A stretch of 62,347 nt of DNA, the filler included. It is 12 parts of 12 records of this genome, joined end to end, with 100 filler letters (N's around TTAATTAATTAA, not from the genome) between each part and the next. Parts side by side here need not be neighbours in the genome. Positions count along the whole stretch, not along the records: positions 1 to 4,911 come from SRR15195285_5223; positions 5,012 to 9,306 come from SRR15195285_5228; positions 9,407 to 13,462 come from SRR15195285_5232; 9 more parts are not named here. The stretch is one strand, 5' to 3'. Under the pieces are notes generated by a model. It did not search any database. It worked only from the letters and a program-made list of their open reading frames with translations, and was not told where the DNA came from. The position numbers and the translations under genes are program-made. This document shows, piece after piece, positions 1 to 11,262 of this stretch. Numbering within the stretch: position 1 is the stretch's first letter; every line of letters begins with the position of its first letter.

Positions 1-114
1 CGCTCCGACCAGTCACCACTCGACGCGGCAGCCCCAGCAGCCCGTGTCTACTATGTAGGCTCTTCAGGAGCATCTAGGGAGTCTCATCATCCCACTGGAG
101 CGGCCCAGATTCGG

Positions 115-3100
115 ATGGCAGCCGGCACCCCCGAGGGCGAGATGGGGCCATCGACTCCAGAGAGGGGTGGCCTCAGCGTTGCGGTGGGCTCCCCGATGAG
201 CTATCACAGCTCAGTAGATCATTTGAATCCGGGCTCTGACGGCTCGCCTGGCTCTCTGGCTTCCCCGCTGGGCCGGGGAGACGACCTGAACCACCGACAC
301 AATCAGCATGCCAAACGAGACAGCATGGCACTGTCCAAACACGCCCATGCCCACGTCAAGGCCAGCCACATACCTGTCACAGAGGACGAGCGCCGCGAGC
401 TCTTCACCAAAGATCTGGAGGACAAAGACCTGGAGGAGCTGGAAGACTACGCTGCGAGCGTTGGGATTTACGGAGAGGCGTTCGCCCAGTTGGCGGACCA
501 CCCAGACCCGAACAGCGCACTTCTTGGTCTGCTCCTCGATGACGAACAACACGCGAGGCGCGCGGTTCACCGCGCGGACATTCACTATTTTGAATGGGCG
601 TTCATCTGCTCGAATCGTGAAAGCAAAGGGGCTGACATAGCCACCCAAACGCCGGAGCCGGAGGTCAAACGGCTGGTCGACCAGCTGAAGGCCACCGGTC
701 TGTTGACACGTAGTCATATGGCAGAGAATGGCCTGCATTGGATCGTGCAGATCTCTGCGACTCCGGACGATCAGTTGTTTTGGGCGACGAAGATGCGCCT
801 CCGCAAACGATTGCGAGGCGTGAATGAAAACGATGGCGAGTTTGAGACAGAGGACGATGTGTTTGGTGGGATCGCTCCTTTCAACGCGCACTTGAAAGAA
901 GAGTTCGTGCAAAACCGATACCCCAACGTACGTGTAGCTGCACTGACTTTGTTGTTAACCGTGTTCTGACCCAGGCCGGTTGTGCCATTCATCTGCTCGC
1001 AGTTCGGTGGCTCAATGTTTCGTAGTGGAGAGCGGCAGCAAATTATTCGGTTCATGCTCGAGAACGATGAGAACGGTGTCGATGTGCGAAGCTCGATCGC
1101 GTATTCTCACCACAGCCGCCTCCTGCATGCTACAGCGGCAAAGATGGGCGCATCTGCGAAGTATGCGGAAGAGCAGCTGGAGGAGCAGCTGGACCACATG
1201 TTTCACAGCGTGAAACGGCACCACAGCATGAAAACCACCACGGTGCAGAATCTTGGTGGTGAAATGCAAAATCCAGTCGCACAGGGTGCAGTCGATGGAG
1301 CCGCGCCAGTCTTTGATAGTGAGGCGCATAATACTGAGGTTATCACCAACTCTCATCCGCTCGACACAGAACGCAGGAACGAGGGAGCAACAAAAGGAGC
1401 AGACCAGCACATGAAGCGGAAACACAATAAGAAGCATAGGAGGAACAGAAGGAAGAAGGGTACAGATGACAAACTGAAAACTGAGCTGAGCTCTGGGCCA
1501 TCGAACCCTTTTGTCATGGCGCAACGGGAGCGCTTGCAAGGCGTGGAGCCGCGACTATATGAGTGCATTGAAGACTTCATGCCGCTTCACGACGAGTACG
1601 AGCTGCGCCACTTGCTGGATAGTTGGGCTGGACTTGGGGCTTTGCTGTGGTCATTTAAGAAAGCCATGCTTGGAGTTGCGCGCCTGGATTTGAACTTCAT
1701 TGCAGGTGCGTGGGCATGCGGCATTGGTGCTGCCAACTCAGTTTATCTCGCAATGCCTCAGTTGTTGCCTGGAGACCCTGAAAGAAGTGTGTTTTTGTGC
1801 GAACAGAGTTTGTTGACCAGGTGCGACAAGTGCTGCACTACACATCCATTTTGTTGCTGAGCTACTTTCGAAAAATGCAAAAAGTATTGCTTTGTCCAAG
1901 ATGCATCTGACCTGCAAAGGACAATTCAGTAAATCCACGTTTGTCCCGCCACTTCAATAGCCCGAAGACCAAATCCGTGATTATTTCGGTGAAAATGTGG
2001 CGCTTTACTTCAGCTTCATCACTGTGTACACCCAAGCACTGATGTGGCTCGCGGCGTTTGGCATTGTCAACCAAATATTTTCATCTACAGAGTTCGCTCA
2101 AGCGACTGCCGCGGCGTACACAATGATCATTCTGGTTTGGTCCGTGCTTTTCAATGAGAAAGTGAGAATGCGCGAAGCAGAGCTCAGGTTCCTGTGGGGA
2201 ACGGAGGTACGAAATTGTTTTCAGTATGTAGTGCGGCTTTCTACTGTCACATGCATGCAGCCTACTCACTGCTTTCCGCTCTATCATGTTCAGCTTCTGG
2301 AGACATTCGAGCAACCTCGCAGGGAGTTCATGCATAGCAAAGACGTCGAGTTCAGATATGATCCAGAAACGAGACGAATGGCTTTTTTGCCCAAGAGCCG
2401 AGTGCGCATCTACATCAAGGGCTTGCTCGGAGCCCCTGTGATCTTGGTGTGGATCGGGATCGCAATATTGGCTGACATCTTGTGCCATACGATCAAAGAA
2501 CTCGAGTACACAGTCGGCAGCTTTGAAATACCAATGAATTTGGTTGGGACGATATTAAACGTCGTCTTGCTGAAGGTCCTCGAGAAAATGTACTCCGTTG
2601 TCGCGGAGAGGCTCACGGTCTGGGAAAATCACAGAACAGAGTCAAGTCATGAAAGCAGCCGAATCATTAAAACATTCATCTTTGACGCGGTGAACAACTA
2701 CTTCACGTAAGTGGTGTCATGCTGGCTTCACGTTGCTCACAGTGTTCTCCCTCTCTTAACACCAACCTCTGCCATCCACCCGCACGCAGCCTGTTCTTCA
2801 CGCTGACGATGAAGCACGGAACTGAGGTAATGGGAGTGACTCTGGAGTGCACGAAAATCGACATCCCATGTTCTCCAGGACAGTTACCCCATGGCGCGAA
2901 CGGAACCTTAATGGTGGCTGAGCTCTGCGGACCGGAAGGCGTCCACAGAGTGAGCTCGTGCATGGCAGAGGTTCACGACTGCCTGATGATCTACTTCCTT
3001 GTGGGCCAGTTTTCAAGCACGTTGCACTCCCTGTATTTGGGGTTGGTCGAGGTCAAGAGAAAAGTAGCTACAGCTGCTGCCGAGTTGTACGGGCAGATTG

Positions 3101-4289
3101 CTCAAAAGGAAACGACGTACGCACAATACGCCGCGGCCGTGGCACACGCTCAGTACAGCAGCAGCACCTATCCAGGCGTTTTCAAGGACTACAGCGAGCT
3201 CGCGATACAGTACGGCTACTGCGTTTTATTTGCATCAGCCTTTCCACTGGCACCGGTAATCTGCGGAATCGCGATGGTCATTGAGGTTCGCTCACGCGCT
3301 TTCCAAGTGTGTCGTCGATTTCGTCGTCCCGAGTACCAGTCGATTGCTGAGATTGGGACATGGAACCAGGTTTTCAGATTACTCTCTCTGATAGCGATCT
3401 TGACGAATGCGGTGCTCCTCGTGTTCGTTGGCACAGAAGAGACAGCAGATGCAGCAGCTCTCTCCCTTACGGGAGGCACAGACGTCACCCAGAGCCAGCT
3501 GCTTGACTATCGGTGCGCATGTTGCTCCGAGCTGTGGACAAAGAACGATTTAATCCAGATTGCTGAGCTTGCCACGCTCAACTGATGTCATGAATGCGTG
3601 TGGACAGATTATGGATTTCAGTTGTCGCGATAGAACATCTCATCGTGTCGTTCAGATCAGTTGTTAGGGTGCGCGCTGTCAAATGCATCTGTAACTTGCC
3701 TGTAAGCTTTGTGCTGCACTTCTGCCGGACGGCATGAATGTCATTCATGGTGCATTCGTTGACCACTTTGCTGTATCATCCATGCCAGGCGATTGGTGGG
3801 CGCGAACCGCAGTGGGTCACTCGAGAGCGAGCGCACTTAGAGGAGACGATGGCGGTGCGACTAACGACAGATGCGGAGCTCCTGAAAGAGCACTATGAAA
3901 TGGATCACCACAAGTCTTTCGCGGCAGACATCGCGGTAAGAATGCACAGGTGGAGGGGGCGTGTATCCGTGCCGAAGACGATCTCGCTGGCGGCTTCCGG
4001 AATCAACCCCGACCTTAGGCAGAAACTCATTTGCATCTTCTATCGTTTGGATCAGCATGGAGCTGGGTCTCTCACGTTTGAGCAGTTGCATAGCTTTGCT
4101 GAAGATGGCATCTTGGCCCATGAACACCTGGTCATGGCAGTGGATACGACTGGGAAGATTACAGCGACCGAGTGGCTCGACGCGTGGGAGAATCGTGGGC
4201 ACTCGGAGGCAGAGATCCGTGAATTTGTCGCGACGGCAGATGCTAAGCTGGATGAGCTGGATGAGCTGGATCGCTCGCAGGCCTCGTAG
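115..4289 (+). CDS. Anoctamin/TMEM16 family Ca2+-activated channel or scramblase with C-terminal EF-hand-like pair; 8 exons
   Basis: Predicted introns 928-1002, 1706-1806, 1821-1960, 2207-2293, 2707-2789, 3513-3607 and 3669-3788 join the ORF pieces in frame. Family motifs: FRSGERQQII, QPEDQIRDYFGENVALYFSF, ERLTVWENHRTESSHE, DYSELAIQYGYCVLFASAFPLAP, FRRPEYQSIAEIGTW, IEHL. Confidence 0.92.
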
Positions 4290-4530
4290 CACACATATGC
4301 TGCGCCGGCCAATCCCCCCAAACATTGGCGCCTACTGGTGGTTTTTCACCTGTCGGATAGGTGTATATCGCAGCCAGTGGTGTAGATATTTCCGGCGAGG
4401 ATGGTGTCTCGTGGGCATACTAGGTGGGTAGCGTAATTCACATGAATGTATTGTAAGCTACAAATAACGTTCGCCTCGCTTCCTGACCGCGCGAAATTGT
4501 GCCCATTTCGGTAACGGTTTAGGTCAATAG

Positions 4531-4911
4531 GTATCTCCGACCAGTGCTACCTATTTGACTAGCGCCAACGGATATGTATCATACACACACGCGGGGTGGG
4601 GTGCGGAGCATGGCGAGGTTGAGAAGCAGGCGTCGTGGGATGAAGCGATTGATCGTCGGTGGGCAGTGTTGGCGAATGATGCCGAATTTGTTCCATTTAG
4701 TATCGGAGCGGGAGGGGTTTGGGGGCCGGCTGCGAAGAAGTTCTTTGCTGACTGCCTGGAGCTGGCGGATGGCAAGATTTCGCAACGTGGACCGGTATCA
4801 CTGGTCTAGCGCGAAATCCTCCTCTACGTGGTATGATACTCTGTCTGTTTTGGTGGCCAAAGGGCGGGCCCAAGTTGGTGTTGCCGCGTCGAGTGGTGAC
4901 TGGTCGGAGCG
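4531..4911 (+). mobile_element. Degenerate 3' fragment of a non-LTR retrotransposon with a restriction-like endonuclease (CRE-like)
   Basis: VSPTSATY...AEHGEVEK...FVPFSIGAGGVWGPAAKKFF, then a frameshift near 4780 to WYDTLSVLVAKGRA. This matches the C-terminal pattern of CRE-type RLE elements. There is a stop immediately upstream and the contig end truncates it. Confidence 0.6.
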
Positions 4912-5011
4912 NNNNNNNNNNNNNNNNNNNNNNNNNNNNNNNNNNNNNNNNNNNNTTAATTAATTAANNNNNNNNNNNNNNNNNNNNNNNNNNNNNNNNN
5001 NNNNNNNNNNN
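4912..5011. other. Artificial contig linker (N44-TTAATTAATTAA-N44; stops in all six frames)
   Basis: Identical 100-nt linkers also occur at 9307-9406, 13463-13562, 17339-17438, 21110-21209, 26987-27086, 31408-31507, 38863-38962, 46427-46526, 52201-52300 and 57345-57444. Confidence 0.99.
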
Positions 5012-6023
5012 CGTGGTGTCATGGCGTGGGCTTGTGACTGAGGCTGAGTACTAGATCTAGCACCTTGGATGCCGAAGAATGCATTGGTTGTTTGTCAAAC
5101 CCATCAAATGCACGATCCGGTTTGCACGCGGAACCATTCGGGCCGACAACTCATGGATTCACTCGAAGGCTCTACCTTATCTGAGGCCACTCGATCGCAC
5201 GACTCCTCCGTTGGTCGCCACAACTACCACTAATAGGAGCACAATGAGTCGCCAGACTGATGCCAACCGCGACGATATAAGCAAACCTCGCTAGGCTTCA
5301 CGTCTGCGCAAGGCACCAGCTATCAGCGTCGTGATGGAACACCAACAAGAAAGCAATTAGACAGGCTGTACAACGGCGAATGGTGGCGGCTATCGCTATA
5401 TGGCAAGGCCTGATCGGCGTAGCGTGCCACCAGATTGCAATGTGAGTTGGTTGTGACTGACACGAAAATAATTACCCGTGCGAGCAGTGAGCTGGCTCAA
5501 GACCTTGTACCCGTCTGGTTGCGTGATTCCGATGACCATCTGGTAAGAGCATAAAGTACTGCCATCAGTCCACATACGGCACCCTGACTTGCGTTAGCCT
5601 ACTAACCAGGCGTACACCACCGCCAGATTGCTGCGGGTATATATATACCCTGGGGGGGGTGGAAGGGGTTGGGGTAGCAGTAAATAGATATATCCCGATT
5701 CCAATTGTTGTTAGACTTGACGATATTCGCTAGCTACTACCGGTAGTACAGTGAACTTCTAACATGAATTTACTGTACCGCACACTTCTCTAAGATATGT
5801 ACACGTATTAATAATTACATACATAGACCCGAATGCAACCGCGAGCGACAACGCCAACTATGACGCGGAGGATCTCGACATCGGAAACTTGGAATTGAGT
5901 GCAGGAGAGATGAAGACTCTGAACCAGCTGCGCATCAATCCAGAAGTCCCTCCTGCAAGTCCCCTTGTGTTTCATTAAACAATGATGCCTCAGAGATGAC
6001 AGCAGGAGGAGGCCTGAAGGCAC

Positions 6024-8828
6024 TCAATTGATCGCGTCCTCGTCTCGGGATGTCTGTGTTGTCTCTAGCACCGCCCGGCGCTCTCTGGCCATGGCAGCTA
6101 CGCGATGATGATCCTCTATGGTCCAAGACTCGATGGTCGCAAAACCCGCGATGGGGTTGACATTGGCCGTGTTGTTGTTGGGATCTGCTTGCGCCGCTTC
6201 CGTTCGCAAGGGCAAGATGGGTTCTCTCAGCGTCGCCCTCAATTCAGCTGATCCTCTTTCTGTACCAATGTTAACGAGATCACTTGCTGATATACTGCCG
6301 TAGCAAAGTTTAGTATCGTCGTAGCCCCGGACAGAAATCTCCTGGGCTTCTTGGTTGCGAGCGCATGTGCTGCCACCTAGGTGGATCGTGATGTCTTCCC
6401 AGCACCTCCCCTTAATGCCGAGTTTGCGCCGGAGCATGAACCGAGTGCAAGCATCGAAGCAACAACCGCACGCCAAGTTGAGGGCGCAGTAACCAAGGGC
6501 GATGGGCGGGCAAAGGCCGCACAGAGTGGACACCACGCAGAAGCATCCACAGCAACTCTGCCCTTCTTCACCCCAGAGAAATGCAAGCACCCGGAAATAC
6601 TGGAAACAGGGGCAACATGTCACCCACAGACAGCTACGGCACGACAGCCGCTGAACATCAGCATCTGCACCACCCACACCATCGCTTGGTAACGGTGCTA
6701 TCAGGCTGGGTGGGCAGCAACCACTTATGGAACTTCGAAACTTCTGCCGTGGAGCGACGCAGCGCAAAACCACAACGAGTAGCAGCAGCCTCAAGAGAAA
6801 GAAGGTAATCACACTGCTGACGATGATATCCCACCAGTTGTACGCGCAGGTAGTATGCCGCGATGGATCCCTGCTCTGGCACCCGGCCTCACACGACTCC
6901 AGCGATGGGAATGCCTCGCAAGGTTCATCAGCCTTGATCCCGCACTTCGCGTTGCTGGTACTCGCATTCGCCACCCGTGGCAGGCAGTAAGCAGTGCCAG
7001 AATAGCTGGCAAATGGCACGTCCCGCACGCACTCCCATGTCGAGCCACACTGGGAAAGACACTCCTCCTTGCTGGCGAACGTGGCGCGAGGTGAAGGCAG
7101 CTCTGCGAGCTCACATGTGCCGTCGTTCAAGCACTCCCAGCCCGCTAGACGTGGAGACCGTTGGGGGGACTGCGATGCAGATGACGAGAGTGGTGGTGAT
7201 GTCCAGAACACACATTGTCCATCGCCATCGATTCCCATCACATGGTTACTTGCGTTCTGTTCAATCTCGGCACACACTTTCCGATGAAACCAATCCTGCC
7301 ACCGCAGCACAAGATGTGGCGCTGCCTGGCTGACCAATTCATCGAAACTGTGATTCCACGCCGCCTTGCCCCACCCAGATTCAAACAACCGAAAGTCAGT
7401 AATGGTGATTTTAGCTCCATGCGAAAAGTTGTAGCCTGCAGGCAACTGCCACCGCAGCCCAGTGCCTCCTGGCCACAGCTGCGACGCGACCACGGGATCA
7501 ATCAGCATTGGGCCATCAGGTCGATCTGCCCACACCAGGGGCCTCCGATGCTCAACCAGCCATCGGCGGAGCTCCTCGCCACTCTCCGTGCCCCACAGAC
7601 CTTCTGCACCAGTCGCCCCACCCCCTGACTTGCGGTCCGTAGAGTACTTTGCCTGGACCTGCATCAAGTCCTCAGGCAGCCACACATTCCCGTTTGTCAT
7701 CACCTCGAAGTATGGAATGCCAAGAAATAGCCCTCCTCCGTTGTCAGCTGTCGGTAAAGGCGCGCCCTCTACCCACCAGTAGTTGAGAGTGGTCGCTAGT
7801 GTCTTGTACTGGCCTATTCCATCCATGCTGAACAGCCGCTCGTGTGGCTGGAGTAGATGATACCAGGCCGGAGGGTACGTCGTTCCCTGCGCAGGGTAGT
7901 GCCACAACAGAGCCCAATCAAACAGCTCCATCGCGCCACCGTCGAACGGCTCCCAAAAGCTGCGTCCAGCCAGCGACTTGCTGTCTAGCACGTAGGTAAC
8001 CGAACCGTACTGTATATTGCCAAGGGGTGTCTTGCGCAAGTCGTTCGCGTTGAACATCATGCAGCTGTTTGACTCTCGCAGAGACGAGGTGAGGTCGCAC
8101 AGATTCTTAGCCGGCAGGTGAAAGTGGTTGACATACATGTTCGCGTACATTACCGTCCCCACGAGCGTCTCAGGTCCGCCAAGCACATATCGCTGGCATG
8201 GTTGCTGCAAATTGCCGTTTGCGAGTGCAACATCCATCGGGGAGTCGTCAGACAGCCGCCGCCTACGGTTGTGTATGTCCACATCCCAGGAATCTACCGG
8301 TGCGTTGTGGAACAGTGGCAGACGCTGAAACTCCCAGCTGATCATCTCGAGCAGCTGCGCACGGGAATACTTGCGAAGTGACTCGTGGAGGTTTGACTGG
8401 AACTTCTCACTACCGATGTAGCTCAGCACCCACGGCTCAGCGTCTGCAGAAAGCTCCACAGCGAGGTCCTGGATCGTCTCCATCGCAGCGCGCTGAGCGG
8501 CCGTCTGTCGCGGAGGCCGATATCGCTGATACAGCGGGGGGTCAAAGTCGCTGTCATCGGGCGGAGAAAAGGACGTCTGGCACCACTTGGCCGGCCCGGT
8601 TGGCATGCGCCAAGCGCAAGGGCCAGTACAGTCAAAGTAAGTCTCACAGCCTGGGACCACGGGGCAAACCGATGCGTTCCAGCTCGGACCACACGGCGCA
8701 TCGCCAAGCCAGCAGCACTGGAAGCCCGCGTTGCCGCGCAGGGCAGCGTGCTGTCGTAGAACGCCACCTGCGTCGCTGCAGACCACCACGCTGCAGGCCA
8801 GGAGAAGCCTCCTCACCATCCGTCGCAT
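6024..8828 (-). CDS. Single-pass membrane protein: signal peptide, large unknown ectodomain, Cys-rich modules, TM helix, C-terminal PLAC8 domain
   Basis: Uninterrupted ORF of about 930 aa (ATG at 8828 or 8819). N-terminus MVRRLLLACSVVVCSDAG; TM WWDIIVSSVITFFLLRLLLLVVVL; PLAC8 signature CCPCFQY...RFMLRRKLGIKGRCWEDITIH...CARNQEAQEI. Confidence 0.8.
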   Translation of the reverse strand: MRRMVRRLLLACSVVVCSDAGGVLRQHAALRGNAGFQCCWLGDAPCGPSWNASVCPVVPGCETYFDCTGPCAWRMPTGPAKWCQTSFSPPDDSDFDPPLYQRYRPPRQTAAQRAAMETIQDLAVELSADAEPWVLSYIGSEKFQSNLHESLRKYSRAQLLEMISWEFQRLPLFHNAPVDSWDVDIHNRRRRLSDDSPMDVALANGNLQQPCQRYVLGGPETLVGTVMYANMYVNHFHLPAKNLCDLTSSLRESNSCMMFNANDLRKTPLGNIQYGSVTYVLDSKSLAGRSFWEPFDGGAMELFDWALLWHYPAQGTTYPPAWYHLLQPHERLFSMDGIGQYKTLATTLNYWWVEGAPLPTADNGGGLFLGIPYFEVMTNGNVWLPEDLMQVQAKYSTDRKSGGGATGAEGLWGTESGEELRRWLVEHRRPLVWADRPDGPMLIDPVVASQLWPGGTGLRWQLPAGYNFSHGAKITITDFRLFESGWGKAAWNHSFDELVSQAAPHLVLRWQDWFHRKVCAEIEQNASNHVMGIDGDGQCVFWTSPPLSSSASQSPQRSPRLAGWECLNDGTCELAELPSPRATFASKEECLSQCGSTWECVRDVPFASYSGTAYCLPRVANASTSNAKCGIKADEPCEAFPSLESCEAGCQSRDPSRHTTCAYNWWDIIVSSVITFFLLRLLLLVVVLRCVAPRQKFRSSISGCCPPSLIAPLPSDGVGGADADVQRLSCRSCLWVTCCPCFQYFRVLAFLWGEEGQSCCGCFCVVSTLCGLCPPIALGYCALNLACGCCFDACTRFMLRRKLGIKGRCWEDITIHLGGSTCARNQEAQEISVRGYDDTKLCYGSISASDLVNIGTERGSAELRATLREPILPLRTEAAQADPNNNTANVNPIAGFATIESWTIEDHHRVAAMARERRAVLETTQTSRDEDAIN

Positions 8829-8865
8829 GGTGAGGAGGCTAAGCCTCCTCACAATCCGTCGGATG
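8805..8865. repeat. Direct-inverted-direct (A-A'-A) microduplication over the start codon
   Basis: 8806-8819 and 8827-8840 form a perfect 14-bp inverted repeat; 8841-8865 repeats 8805-8829 with 2 mismatches. Confidence 0.9.
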
Positions 8866-8917
8866 GATCAGTGGGGCCGCGCTTCGTTGTGACGACGGAC
8901 GGAAAGGGACGCGGCCC

Positions 8918-8994
8918 TCGGCCAGAACCGCATCATTCGACGCAGCGAGGCGGGGACGGTCGCTGTGTCGACGTAATGATGCGGTTCTGGCCGA
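8918..8994. repeat. Long inverted repeat (hairpin)
   Basis: tcggccagaaccgcatcatt (8918-8937) pairs perfectly with 8975-8994. An inner 11-bp stem (8938-8948 with 8960-8970) has one G-U pair. Confidence 0.9.
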
Positions 8995-9140
8995 TCGAGG
9001 GCGCGGCGGCCGACAGCGATTAAGTACGGTACAATGTGATTTTATCGGTCCTGGTGCCGAAATCGAATTGAATGAAAATACGGCTGTGGTGCTGACCGGT
9101 TTCGGGGGGTCATACAGTATATGTTGTATACCGTATATTG

Positions 9141-9240
9141 CGTACTCGCGAAAAACGGCCTAGGGTCCTATTCCCCATAGTGCGTACGTACTTCGGAAAA
9201 TCGCCTACCAGTAGCGCGTACTCCGGAAAATCGCCTAGGT
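9141..9240 (+). repeat. Three imperfect ~21-24 nt direct repeats (cgtactYcggaaaatcgccta)
   Basis: Copies at 9141-9164, 9187-9207 and 9217-9240. Confidence 0.75.
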
Positions 9241-9813
9241 CTAGAGCGTCATCAATTCGCTCTACGGCATACCCAAGTTGCAGTGCCCAGATTGTGATTT
9301 TGACTCNNNNNNNNNNNNNNNNNNNNNNNNNNNNNNNNNNNNNNNNNNNNTTAATTAATTAANNNNNNNNNNNNNNNNNNNNNNNNNNNNNNNNNNNNNN
9401 NNNNNNGGGCGCGCGCGCGACGGATCGCCGCGTGGAACGTACGCGGCGCGCGCGCGCAGTCGCTCCCGCGCGCGGTCACCGCGTCATACTGATGATGCCC
9501 CTTCCGAGATGCTGTGTGCATGATACAGGAGGAAGAGAGTACGTGTAGACTGTTGATACAACGCGCATACCAGAGCCGGACATGTGATGTTCGAATAGCC
9601 GCATCGATGTAGCATCATGGTACTATCAGTAGGGAATTCATAGTCGGCGAAGGCGCGATGGTGGCCGTGGCGCCGCCGCCCATGCGCAGCAGGTGGCTGC
9701 TAGAACGGAGGTACATGTATGGACGCTGGCTCGCCGTCGCGGCAGTACCTACTCCAGACTTACTCAGCTGATTCGCTAGCCATATACAGTCTGATGGTGC
9801 TCTTGTACATGCA

Positions 9814-11262
9814 GCGCTTGCTATCGATCCTCTCCTTAAAGACATGTCCTCATGCTCACGAGACTGGTATTTGGCCGGACCAGGGAGCAGTGGCGGTGTT
9901 GCTGCTGCGCTGGACGCGGGCCCGACGCAGCTCGGTACTCGAGGAGGCCAGCAGCAGGCGCGTGAAATTTATCCCTGGCGGTCGCGCTGGTGGCAGCACC
10001 GGCAACAGCAGCAGCAACGGCTCCACCGACCTGTGCGTCACAGGCGCTGCGGCGTTGGATAAGTCGGTTGATCTGGTCGAAAACAGTAGAGCCGCACGAT
10101 TGGGAACGAGCATTTCTCTGGTGCGGCGAAGTGCTCAGCAGTGCTGGCGCAACGCCGTGGTCACCTTGCCAACAGGCAGAGTACGCCACGAATCCAGCAG
10201 AATACCGCTTCTCAACGCCCATGGCTGCTGGTTTGCACTAATGAAAAATCCACTTGCATTGTTCAGGCCCTCCGTGTGGTGACTGAGAGAGATATCGCAG
10301 CGCAGGATCTCCATACAGCATCAAGGTTACAAGCATCTGACATGAACTATGATACAGCGCTCGAGGCAGACAGTTCGTGGTCAGGTGGCAGCATCTGGGA
10401 CTCCTCGGAGCTGCTTGCGCAGATCCTAATTGAAAAACCAGCGCAGTTCTGGCAGGCGCACCCACGGGTGTTGGAGCTGGGCACAGGCTGTGGGCTGGTT
10501 GCCATCAGCGCGGCGGCAATAGGTGCACGTTACATAGTTGCGACAGATCAGATCGTTTACATGGCGCAGCACAACGTGGAGGCCAACTTTCCGCCGGGTT
10601 CGACCGAACGCACGCGCATCGATGTACGCGAGCTGCGCTGGGGCTGCGCTGAGGATATGTCAGCAATCCTGTCCTTGCGCAGCAGCCCCTTGGACGGGGA
10701 GGAGGATGGCGCGCTGAAGCGAGGCAAGAAAAGTGACCAGGATACTGCGCTAGAAGCACCTTACGACCTCATACTTGGCTCAGATTGCATCTACAACCGC
10801 GATAATCATGCACGCCTGGCTAGAACGATAGATTTCATGGCTGGGACGAGGGCAACGGTGCTTTGGTAAGCTCGAGACTAGGATCGTATGTGCAGATAGC
10901 AGAATGCCCTGATAGTCAACTTTGTTGAGTGTTGCTGATGAGCGTTCCACAAGTTGATGTTCCGTAATGCTGCCTTTCCAACGTGGTATGTTCGTCTACG
11001 CAGGGCGTCCCCAGACGGTGGGCCAGATCAGGCTGACACAGGCAATGCACCGGACAGTGAGGAACTTCCTTCATTGGGTTATAGCTTCTATCAGAGAATG
11101 CGGCGGCTCGGCTGGAGGTGCACAGACTTCAGCGACTCACCACTTGTGAGCGAGCTCCTTGCCGTGATGCAGGGGCGAGTGGATCGGGATTCACCTGAGG
11201 CTGGCGCACCGACTGGCCGACCCGTTATTGTGCAGATGGTGCGAGGGCAGCACGAAAAATAG
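9814..11262 (+). CDS. Class I SAM-dependent protein lysine methyltransferase (METTL21/family 16-like); 5' end unresolved
   Basis: Motifs GGSIWDSSELLA, VLELGTGCGLVAI, VATD, LRWG, DLILGSDCIYN. Introns 10121-10266 and 10866-11003 keep the frame. Confidence 0.85.

Noticed and set aside
5012-5800. Coding potential in the short ORFs at the start of contig 2
   Set aside because: Short, no motifs, and intergenic-like composition.
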